Shown here: positions 13,474 to 26,585 of the stretch, piece by piece | How positions within the stretch are numbered: position 1 is the stretch's first letter | Layout: every line of letters begins with the position of its first letter | Source: Flaccisagitta enflata | Lineage: Eukaryota | Assembly: GCA_965153355.1 (NCBI GenBank) | Contig: OZ231126.1 | Location: forward strand, 24,738,001 to 24,802,000 | Length of the DNA stretch: 64,000 bases | Direction: 5' to 3' | The notes under the pieces: model-generated | What the model saw: only the letters and a program-made list of their open reading frames with translations | Told to the model about the DNA's origin: nothing | The model's database searches: none | Translations under genes and position numbers: made by a program

Positions 13474-13595
13474 TTTTTAGGTTCGGCAAAGCACCTCCAT
13501 AACTGGCTGTGTCCGTCGGTCCGTCGGTTGGTCGGTTGGTAACGCATTTGTTCGACGATCAACACGCCGCACCTATTGGCCTACTTGGCCTTGTT
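13474..13595 (+). mobile_element. HINE-like element nested in the LTR element interior
   Basis: Reverse-complement homologue of 7466-7591, inserted in a T run. Confidence 0.75.
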
Positions 13596-16500
13596 TCTTC
13601 ACTGTCCGATCTATGATTCCGACCGAAGCCGCTGAATCGAGAAAAGTGAGCCGTGGGACGGACAGGAAAAAAAAAATAAACGAAGGCGCACTGACGAGTA
13701 AAAAAAAATAAAAAAAACAAAACCGACAAGACAGATACAAAAGCCGACAAATGCGTGGAATTAGTCCAAATCGGATATTCCACGCGCTGGTCATCTGACG
13801 AATCATCGGGGGGGGGGGGGGGGGAAAGAAACAGACAACAGCAGACAGAAGAGCAGGGCCAGGAGAGAGACACAGACACAGATATACACCAACAGACACA
13901 GAGCCACCGGAACTTGACATACAGACAGAATAAAAAAAAAAACAGAGGACAAACGAACGAACGTCAAATAAAAAAAAAAAAAAACATCCGCCGATGGATA
14001 AAGACAGGAAAGTGCATAAAGAGGGAAAGAGGAAAGAAAAGGAAAAAGAGAAAAGATGAAACCGGGTATAAAATCAGACAGAGTCAGACAACAAAACAAG
14101 AATCGACAGACCGTCAAAGAGGCCCGCATCCGTACGGATAAAAAAACAACCACGCGGTGAGGCCAAACATCCGTCAACACCAACGCCGCGCCTTCCCATT
14201 TTATCCGTCCAATTTGCAGCCGTCAAGAACGACCCCCACAGGCCACGGGTTTGTGATGGCGGGGGGGGGGGTGTGTGATCGAAGCATCTCTCCGAGTCGG
14301 CCCCCATTCCCTATGCTTGAATTCCGAGCCTTCGCTCAGAGATTCCAGCTAATAGGATTCCCCTCATGCAGCACCTCGAACCCTAAACCTTGGCCTTGAG
14401 TTTGGTGTGCTACTCAGGGTATGGGCCTTTTTTCGATTCTGAAAAAAAGTAGAGAGGGCCAATATCGAGCCCCAATCTCCCGGACATCGCTTCATTCTTC
14501 ATCCGTGAACAGGAAAGGCGCGGAAGTTTTAGCATACTGGCCACCGCCGAAATAAGCCCCGCCAAGGCCCAAGATGAAATGGGCCAAATTCGGGAGGAAA
14601 TTGATCGACAAGGCAATTGGACAGACAGATCAATACAGACAAATCAGAGCGCCACCCCCGGCAGAGCCGCCAAGGTGTAAAACAGACCGACAAAGACGAC
14701 CGACGTAGAAGAGATAGACCAGAGAGAAAAGAGAAAGAAAAGAGAAAAGAAAGAGAAGAGGGACCAGAAAAAGAAAAGAGATAAAGGAAGGAGAGAAGAG
14801 AAGAAAGAAAGAAAAAGAGGAAAAAAAAAGATGTTCAACCAAGGCCGAACCATAGCACCGACGGCAAAAAAAAAACAGACCAAGACACAAACAGACCAAC
14901 AGACAAAAGGGGCCGAAAGAAGAAGGGCAGACATTTGACAGCAGAAGGGACAGATGCAGATGACGGGTGCGGGGGGGAAGAGAAATAGACAGAAAAAATG
15001 CACAAGAACAGACAGAGGCAGAGCGAAAGACGGACAGGCAGCGTCCATTGTCAAATGACTGGATGTGTCATTAAACCATCCAGTCGCTGTGATTTAATGA
15101 ACAGGCGTGAACAGACGCGATGCCGCAGACTATTCCTTCAATTAAGCACGAAAAAGGAGAAAAAAATGCGCGAAAATTGGCGTGGATCCGTCCATTTTAT
15201 TTCTCGCATAGTGTGAGAGACGCCGTTTCCTTTTTCTAAATTCCCCCTCCTCTATTTCTTTTCATATCGCCGAGAAAAAAAAAACACCATCCCCTTATCT
15301 TAGGAGACCGCGCAGTCGAGAGTCCGAGTATGAGGATTCCCCCTTATTTTTCCCTTCTTCAGGCAGGGCCGACATAATTCAGACTCGTAATTGTTGAAAT
15401 CGTTTCTAACGATGCAACAAGCTGACATCGCCGTCTTTACTTGATAATGAAGGGGTAATGCACGAATGAAAGATGGCCCGTCCAGTAGTAGAACAGAACC
15501 AGTGGCCGCCGCCAAACCCGTGAACCGCAGGTGCAGTGTAATATGTCCATCCACCACAATGAATAACAAAAAATAGTCAAAACAGTTACCAGCCCCGACC
15601 CAAATAAATAAAAACCGCGTACATATGCAAAAAAAAAATCACCGAACACAAAAAACCACTAAACACAAAGTGCCAAAAATCCCAGAAAAACCGAAAAAAA
15701 ACCAAAATAACAAAAAAAAAAAAAAAAAAACAACTCAAAACCACCAAAAAACAAAAACACCAAAAATCAGACAAGCAAAAAAAAATTCCAAAAAAAAAAA
15801 CACCCCGGCCAGACCACCCAACCAACAAACCTAAACCCACAATGGCACGCACACATAAAAAAAAACACAAGAAGCAAAGACCCCCCTAAAAAAAATCAAA
15901 CACAAACAATAAAAAAAACAAAAAAAAAACAACAAAAAAAACCAAAAAAATAAAAACAAAAGATTACCAAAAACAGTAAAAAAAAAACAAAAATAACAAA
16001 ATATTAAAACAAAAAATGAAGGAAGAAAAAAAATGCAGAGTACAAGTGAATTGCTCAATGCAATTCACAATAAGCCGAGAACAAGACAAAAGGACTCTAG
16101 ATCAGGAACACCAAAAAAAATAATATAAACATGACAGAGATAGTGTTGACGAGTCCAGACGAGAGAGAAGAGGCCCCCAAGAGCGGGGCAAACAAAAACA
16201 CAAGAGTAAACAAAATATCCTTTGACTTACGCCACTAAGGATTAGTTGACAAAACAGATGAGTCCAGACAGTGATGATGAGGAGTCGAAGTCGTACATCT
16301 TGATTTCTTCAGCTTAAGTCGTGAGTGAGCAATGAGGTGGGCTCGCAACGTAGCCCAACAAGACAAGTTCAAGAGGAGCACCGCTTCCTCCATTGGGCCC
16401 AAGCCCACGCAGAGCTTGTGGAGGGGGGTGTGAGGTAGGAGCTCAGATAGCTGTAAGTCCTACTCGCAATCCAAGGGGAATCTATTACCGGGTCGGCCTA

Positions 16501-16844
16501 GCGCCTGGCCTAGTGCATGGCCGGCTGCTCTAGGCTCCAGTTTCCGGCTTACGTCTACAGGCCTATGCTTACTCGGTCCTTACCCTAGTGCATGGGTGGG
16601 ATTACCTTTCTGCTTCCGACTTAACGGATCAGCCGCCTAGGGAGGGTGTCTTCCTCAAAACAGGTGCCGGGCTAGCATAGAGCCCAGAGAGAGAGAAAAC
16701 TAAAGTAAGAACAAGAGGCCCGGAAGTAAAATGACACCTCAGAGCTGGACCCCAAAACCTAAACAGTAAACAAAAATCTTCCTAGAGAGGTTGGCAGGCG
16801 GATGGGGTAAAAGCTTAAGGCAACAAAGGGGGGAAGCTAATTGC

Positions 16845-16862
16845 TTCCCGGCCGATGCACCA
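16845..16862 (-). other. Primer binding site complementary to the 3' end of tRNA-Gly(GCC)
   Basis: The - strand reads TGGTGCATCGGCCGGGAA. The + strand TTCCCGGCCGATGCACCA equals the 3' 18 nt (with CCA) of the invertebrate-type tRNA-Gly-GCC as I recall it. It lies 1 nt from the LTR end. Confidence 0.85.
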
Positions 16863-16863
16863 A

Positions 16864-17425
16864 TATGATAACGGGAAAAGAGGGGGTCAGTGGAGAATGC
16901 CCAAAAGGGAACAGAAAGAGAAAGTCGCCTGCCAGTAAGACCCTGCCCTGCCTAAAGAAGGAAGACCTGAGAAGGGCCCGCGGGTAAAAGTGTCCTGCCA
17001 AACCTCAGTCTAGGCAAAGGGGGTATATATCAAGACCCAGAATCCTCATGAAATGAGCTGACTTAAGCAGAGCAAAGGCAGCTCGCTGTCATGACTGCTA
17101 AAGGGGAGGGGGAAAGACTCAAGGGATGCCCTAAATGCTCAAAGGACATGACCACTGGGCCACAGGTCCCGATAAATGAGCAGAAGAAGTGAGAGGTGTG
17201 TCCTAGAAAATGGGTGGGGAAACCTCTGCCAGATGCTAGACCAGAGATGCAGAAGTCAGGAAAGAAGAGCAGAGCAAATGGGGAAGATGAAGCAAGCAGC
17301 AGAGGAGGGAAAGAGCAACAGCCAATCAGGAGGAAAGAGAAGCTGAGGAGGCAAGGTAGTGAGAGCCAGAGAGCAGAAGGACCTGTAGCAGTGAGCTAGC
17401 TAGAGGCAGAGGTCCCCGTACTACA
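16864..17425 (-). repeat. 5' LTR
   Basis: Direct repeat of 10014-10575. Begins TGTAGT on the - strand and is followed by the PBS. Confidence 0.93.
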
Positions 17426-19550
17426 CTATACGTCAGAGGCAGGGAAAAGGGGGAAACGGGGAATGAATGATTCAATGATTTGACCTTTTCTCTTTCCTCC
17501 TCTCCCTCCATTTCAATCCGAATCCTTCTTTGTTCTCTCCCCCCACCCCCACCCCCTTCCTCTTTTTTAAGCTGTGTTGGAAGAGGCAATCGTCTAGGGA
17601 AGGGTCGGGGGCGCGGTCTCGGTCTTTCGCTTTCGCTTTCAAAATGGTGCCAGAGTCATCAGTATGCATTAGAGAGCGGCTAGAGGGAGGTTTCCATGGA
17701 AGAAAGGAAAACAGACAAGGCTCCAAATTAGCGTTTACATAAGAGCCCCTCTTCTTCTGCTTCTTCTTCTCTATTCGTCTCTCCCACGAAAGCGAACCTC
17801 GCCAGACCTCTTTTTTTTCTTTTCTCCTTTTAAAATGCGGCCTTCTCTTCTCTTTTTGGCTTTTTCCTTTTTTAGGCATTTTTTGCGTTTAGCCACGACC
17901 ATTAAGGAGGAGTGAGGAGGAGTATAAGGTGAAGGGCAAGAGGGTTTGAAGAGGGGTGGACGGGGGGGGGGGGGGGTTAGCCAAAGAGAAGAAAGGAGTT
18001 AGAGACATTTCATATACATACTGTACAGGTTAAGAGAGTGTGGTGAGAATCAAAGCTGTCGGTAATTTGCCGAACATTTCTTAAATCGATATACTCTAAG
18101 CAAACAAAGATGAAACACTGTCAGCAACAATATAGGCTATTAGAATGACAAGTGGAATAATAACCCTCACTTTAACTAAACCGAAACATAGAGGAGGGCC
18201 TTTTGAGCCCTCACTGACTAGTTACTACGCGTATTAACACCCCTCTCAAAGTTAGGCGAACTGGGATCAGAACAAGTCTGAAAATGCTTTGTAAATCACT
18301 TATTAAGAGTCTGAGTGTTAAGGTTACTTTGAAATATGTAATTTCCGGCAGGGTTACAAAAAAAACTGTCCAAAGAATGTCAACCAAAGGCTCCGAATCT
18401 CTTCTTTTGATTGATATCATACTGCTGTATTTTTTATGAAAGTTCTGAATTGACCAGTGAAACCAACTTATTTGTCAATGGATTTAGGTGCTTTGCGGGG
18501 CTGTTCCATAATCCCAATACGTCATCGTTGCTTGGTAGTTATCTAACAACTCGGGAATGGCAGTTTTTGCCCTACTTATATGGGAAAAAATGAGTAGGTT
18601 TGTGCAGTCTCCTCTTTAGACGATTTCTTGTCAAAATCGGTCAAAATCTTTTACCACATTTTTGACATTGCACACAACTAGGGCCACACACCAGCGCGAA
18701 TGGCCTATTTGGCCTCGGTTTGTGAAAATACTATGTTTTAGCTATCTATGCGTCAAATTTCAGCCCTCTCAATGCATTTTTACTCTCGATTTTGATCTTT
18801 TTCCCAGTTCGTTTAATTTTGAGAGGTGTGTTACTCCGAGTTTTCCATTTAGCAAAACTAACTTAGCAAACAACCACTCTGAGTCTAGACCAAACCATTA
18901 ATGCTTACTAAATAGATAATGCATCAATTATCTTTAATTTGATCCAAATCGACGGCCATCCTGGTAAGACCGGCAGAGTGATTGGAGTGGAGATTTTTTT
19001 GACTCAAGTCACAGATTTAGGCAGCTCTTGACGGAAAAGTGACACATGATTGTAAAATACTGTTGGACGGAAAAGTGAATGATAAACAGACAGCGTCCAT
19101 TTTACGGGCAACAGATGAGCGAGATGATCGACTATCGGCACGGCACGGACCGGACTAAATCACAAACCATCATGCATATTTTTTCTATGTTTACAATTAA
19201 CAGTCAAGAGTAGAAAATGAGCCCCAACGATCCTCTCCACGATAAACTATCTCAATAGCCATGTAGACTTCCGAATTACTTAGCATGGATTCCAGGGAAC
19301 GCTATCACACTAACCCATGGAGCAGTATGTCATTGAGGGAAAAAAGACAGGCAATGTCCGTCGGCCGGCCAGCGTATGACGGTGGGGCAATGTATGACGG
19401 AGAAGCGGCGTTCGTCGGAAGGGAACGCCCTCCCATCTTTTAAGCTTTTTTCCATCTTTTTTCCTTCGCCGGAGATGTCGGGAAAATCCATTAAGCTTCG
19501 ACATTAATGCCGTCTTTTTCTCTTTGTTTTTCTCCGGGGATTCCCAGCTT

Positions 19551-19685
<135 letters not shown>

Positions 19686-19986
19686 TCTGCTCTGTTTGGG
19701 TCCTGATAATGGTATTGCAGACTGTCTCTGGAACCATGAAAAAGTCATCATGATGCTCGGGATCATCGAAAAATGTTTGACCCAAGATGTGACCTTTGTA
19801 AACACGCCGTTTGTCACTCGATGATTTGATATTCTCATAAATCTATGAGATTTTCTTCGCTCGCGGATCATCCTTATCTTACCATGATGTTGTTCATCCC
19901 ACCCAGATGGGCTATAACATACCACGATGCTTTTTTCACAGGAATTCTGAACGCGAAATGACATTCCGCGAATGATGTGAATGTGA

Positions 19987-21572
19987 CAATGGCCAAAATA
20001 AAAACCGGACGCTCAGTTTTACTTGATTAGCTGAAAACTGTTCATACTTTTATCTTAAAAATCTATGAGCATCTTAAAGCGCTTTGAAAACTCTACAAAT
20101 CTAGACCAAGTAGAAATTTCTAGCTTAAGTCGTTTTCAAATGGCATAAAATTGAAGTTAAACGCCTATTCTTTTAATTGCCAAAGAATGCGAATTCTGGT
20201 GTCCGACAACACGACACTTTTTGTTTTGCATATTCTGTAGAAGGACCTCCTACAAAAACAATAACAACCATACTGAATGATAAGCGCTATGGAGAATCAA
20301 GCTATCTCAACCAGCAAAACTTTACCACTAACGAATGGACAAACCAGCTCATGGTCTGTTAACTTTATTCATGGCAATGTTTAGAACGCTATACTTTAAA
20401 GAAAAAAAAAGAAAAGAAAAAAAATAGAAGGGCCTTACATACCGCAATTCATAAGCCGCTGCTTTTTTTTTTTTAGTTTTTGTCATGTAAACAATAAGTT
20501 ATGCTCAATTGTAAGAAAACTACATGCTTAAACATTGAAGACTTATGAAAAATCAATGAGGGAAGTCGTTGTCTCATTCTTCCCGCTATTTAAAATGATT
20601 TCTGGCTTTCCACTTAAGTGTTATAGAAAAAAATTCAAAAGATTAACTTTTTCTGAAATCAGTGAATTATGCAGGGTAAGATCTGTTTTTAGGCTGCCTC
20701 AGCGGCCTTCATTTTTACACATGTAACTGGACTAAACTGACAATTGATACAGACATTTAAGTGCTGGGCCTGATTACTGGGACTCATGACTGCTGGAAAA
20801 GAAGATTCTCGCACAACAATGCCAGGAGGCATTTTCTGGGACGCTGGGGATTCGCCCAGGGGGGCCTTTGGGGCATGCCAAGACGCCCGAGGAAGATGGA
20901 ATGGCCACGTTTACATACGCTGGTGTCATTGGCTCTGAACAGAGTCTGGAAGTTTGGGACATTTATGCTCATTTTGCCGGTATTCTTACCGGTAGCTCAT
21001 CGCTCTTTTTGAATTTATGATTATTTTCTTTGTTTGTACAAAATTGCTTGTACCGGGATTTTAATCTTATGGGGATTGCCCAGGACAAGCTGTCCGTAAC
21101 AAGAACGCCGTATCTTACTCCTGTATCATTATCGGAAGCCCCGGCTTAAGTGTGATCCCCCCTCCCCTACTATACCATTGCGCTGCTGTGTAACCATTTT
21201 GCCCCATGGAGGGAATAAATCTTGTTTTCATTTTTTTCAAATAAATGGTATGAAATTCAAGGTAAAAATGAACTATTTCGAATTCTCTACAGGATGGAAC
21301 CAAGCAGAAATCATGATTCCTATTTGTTTAAAAGCTATGTCAATTAAAAATTGGTTACTCAAAAAAGATAGAAACCAGATTTGAGATTTTTGAGAGGTCA
21401 TCTATAGAGCATCATAACTACGAATGTTTTGAAACTACAGTGTTCTGTGAGAGCTCAAATGAAAGATTTTTTGAAGCTCTTTAAAACCGTCATGGATTTT
21501 AAGGGCTTATCTTTTCAGTTACTGAACAATCCTTGATCAAAAAATGGCGTCCGGTTTTTATTTTGGCCATTG
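19987..21572. mobile_element. 1.6-kb non-autonomous TIR element with composite interior
   Basis: Perfect 26-bp TIR CAATGGCCAAAATAAAAACCGGACGC at both ends. No clear TSD. Confidence 0.75.
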
Positions 21573-21984
21573 CTAGATTGCGGGGGGGGGGGGGGCAAAT
21601 CTAGATTGCAAATGTAGATTACATAGACATTGGCTGTTATTTCATCGTAATTGTTATGTTGGCCAAACCAAAGATGTAACAAGCCCAATCGGGCAACGAT
21701 GCGTCCTCTACTCTATGTGGAAAGAATTCCACGATTTTTGCATATTGCAGTTTTTATCATCAACAGCGCTTTTCATAGTTAGAAATACATCATTCTATAG
21801 ATATACAAGTCAATGAAAAATGCAGTTCTTGATCCTTCATGCTGTAATAAGTGACATAAAACAAATAAACCATTACTGTTTACATATGCGAGACCAGATT
21901 TATATGGGTGTTAACAAAGAATTTCAAAGGAATTAATATGAAGAAAAAACTGAATTCCGGAGGTCGGAGCCTGGAGGGATCGAG

Positions 21985-22186
21985 ACAAAATCCAAGCAGC
22001 TAGAATTATAGAAAGGGTGGAGGGGAGTTGCTAAGTGCTAACTCAAGCGATGCGAGGACGCATCCAAAAATGATTGGGGGTGGTGGGGGAGGGACGGAAT
22101 CAGTCATTGATGGATTTTAGAAAAAGGGGAACGGACCGACGGACGGACAGACCCTCTTATAGAGATGCGAGGACGCATCTAAAAAG
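21985..22186 (-). mobile_element. HINE-like element (GATGCGAGGACGCATC subfamily)
   Basis: Duplicated palindromic GATGCGAGGACGCATC, GACG/GACC tract, ends TAAAAA. Left boundary approximate. Confidence 0.6.
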
Positions 22187-22524
22187 TGGAAGAAATTCTA
22201 ACCCGCAAGTCATTTAGTTCATGATTATTTTGTTCCAACGAAAAAGCGACTGCACCGCAGGTGTGCGATTTGTGCCCCACCAAGTGAGAGTGGTTACAAA
22301 AATATGTACGGAGGGGAGAGGAAACACTCAAGAGGAAGCACCTTACTTATCCTCACTAGAGATTCCGTGTCCACGCTTGCTTGTCCTTACATGTCCTTGT
22401 TCTTACTTGAAAGGGAACTCCTTCCCAGGAAGAGATAGTTTTAGTTTGCAGCTTCTTGTCCTTTACTTGAGCGTCCTTGATGATTTGCCCTTCCTCTACA
22501 AGTTCAAGCCTTCTATTCTAAGAT

Positions 22525-24410
<1,886 letters not shown>

Positions 24411-24604
24411 CTCTCTTTCTCTCTTCCCCCTTTAAAGTTCTTTTTATTTTTTACAACAATTCCTTGAACTTAGCAGATTAAGTCATCATTGAGAGCTTCA
24501 CAGTATCTCCTCATTCTTTTCTCTTCTTTTCCTTTTTTACCGTACTCATAAATATCCACTTTACTTTTCACCCCGTTTACTTCCCAACGTTTCTTCCTTA
24601 CAAG

Positions 24605-25838
24605 ACAGCGTGCCCACGAAGCCAACATCTAGGGTATCAAAACGGGTCAAAATAGAACATATGACAGCGTGCCCACGAAGCCAACATTTAGGGTATCAAA
24701 ATGGGTCAAAATAGAATATATACATGAGTGAAAACAGAAAAACAAGTGAATAAAAGTGATTAAGATAAGACTTGCATGATATTTGAAAGCAAAATTTGCA
24801 TCCATTTAGCAAGAGACTCAGATTTAGCTTAAATTACTGAAGAATATTTACTGAAAATTTCTACAAATTTCTTTTTTGTCACTGACAAGGGGTTGGTCGA
24901 AATTATAAGTTTGCATAGAAAATGAAAAAATGAAAAAACAAAGAACATAGTTCTCTTCCCAAATCGTTTTTAGAGAGAACTATGTTTTTGAAAATGCAAA
25001 ATTCTTCTGGGTGTGGCTTTCTTATAATTTCGACCTGAGAAAATAGAAGAAAGTGTCAACAGAATTTCACTAAAAATCTTCATTTTCTTGCCATTTTCCG
25101 TGAGAATTGTTTATCAAAAGGCGATTTAAAGCGTAAAATATGGAACAGACATACATATCAAGTGTATCTAGTGACAATTTGAGCAATGATGACATTTGTG
25201 GATGGATAGTTAGTCCATTATTGATGCAAAATTGGGGTGAAGCGCTTCGTTTTCCCCTGGCAGATTTCACGTCATATACATGAGTGAAAATAGAAAAACA
25301 AGTAAATAAAAAAGATTAAGATAAGACTTGCATGATATTTGAAAAGCAAAATTTGCATCCATTTGGCAAGAGACTCAGATTTAGCTAAATTCACTGAAGA
25401 AGATTTACTGAAAACTTCTACAAATTTCTTTTTTGTCACTGACAACTGACAAGGGGATGGTCGAAATTTTAAGTTTGCATAGAAAATGAAAAAATGAAAA
25501 AAACAAAGAACATAGTTCTCTTCCCAAATCGTTTATAGAGAGAACTATGTTTTTGAAAATGCAAAATTCTTCTGGGTGTGGCTTTCTTATAATTTCGACC
25601 TGAGAAGATAGAAAAAAATGTCAACAGAATTTCATTAAAAATCTTCATTTTCTTGCCATTTTCCGTGAGAATTGTTTATCAAAAGGCGATCTAAAGCGTA
25701 AGATATGGAACAGACGTACGTATCAAGTGTATTAAGTGACAACTTTTGCAATGATGACATTTGTGGATGGATGATTAGTCCATTATTGATGCAAAAATGG
25801 GGTGAAGCGCTTCATTTTTCCCTGGCAGATTTCACGTC
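24605..25838. mobile_element. Copy of the 3197-3815 element with internal tandem duplications
   Basis: 24605-24661 is repeated at 24663-24719, and ~24716-25273 is repeated at ~25274-25838. Confidence 0.85.
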
Positions 25839-26585
25839 TTACATTCATCCGACAAATCTTTGCGGCAAAACGCATTAATACCTACGGACAGTCGGGGATA
25901 TGTGTGACGAAATTTTCTTCCATGTCCTCATATAAAGGATGTTTTAAAATGTCTCTCCTGCGGGCTCTAACTAGTTAAGTTAGACATGATCGGAGCCAGC
26001 TGATAGACAACTTGATCCGAAAGAGAGCTAACTGAAGCAATTGCAAGATTGCAGAGGATTAAACTGGTTGCACAATATGTGTAGGTTTTCAAATTCTTTA
26101 AATTTGTCGTTACTGTATTGACCGAATGGATGTTTTTCGTTCTTACAGGAATGACGGTAACCCGGTCTCTGTTGGCTCTGTCAGTCTCCATCCATTTGCC
26201 CTACAGTAGATTTCATCTAGACTTGAGATAATGGCGGCAAGCATTGTAGATTGTAGAGTGTAGAGCTAGGAGAGTGATATTTGAAATATAGACTATTAAG
26301 AGGATGCTTTATTGCCCATGATAAGTGGTTGCCATGGAAATGGATTTCTATGTATTTTTGCTAAACTATCAATTTTTTTAAGAAATTTTTTGAGGGAACA
26401 TTTTTTATGATTAAATTTGCTACAACTTTCCCACAGTATGTTCTGTAAGAATGTCACTCGTTTAGCGGTTGCTAAGGGTTGTCACACATGGATACCCTCC
26501 CTAGCAATGGCTAATTGAGCGACATTCTTACAGAACATACTGTGGGAAATTTGTAGCTAATTTGATTTTAAGCAATGTTCCCTGA

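Larger units (their letters stand above)
10014..17425 (-). mobile_element. Full-length non-autonomous LTR retroelement (LARD-like, no gag/pol), recent insertion
   Basis: Two ~562-bp direct repeats 6,850 bp apart that look identical by eye. CTATA duplication on both flanks (10009-10013, 17426-17430). PBS next to the right LTR and PPT next to the left LTR. No retroelement ORF inside. Confidence 0.93.

Noticed and set aside
15043-15102. SECIS element or miR-279-like precursor
   Set aside because: The 3' GA of the SECIS quartet is missing, the seed differs from miR-279, and G-U pairing favours the opposite strand.
16845-16862. tRNA-Gly gene
   Set aside because: Only the 3' 18 nt including CCA match. 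This is a PBS, not a cloverleaf.
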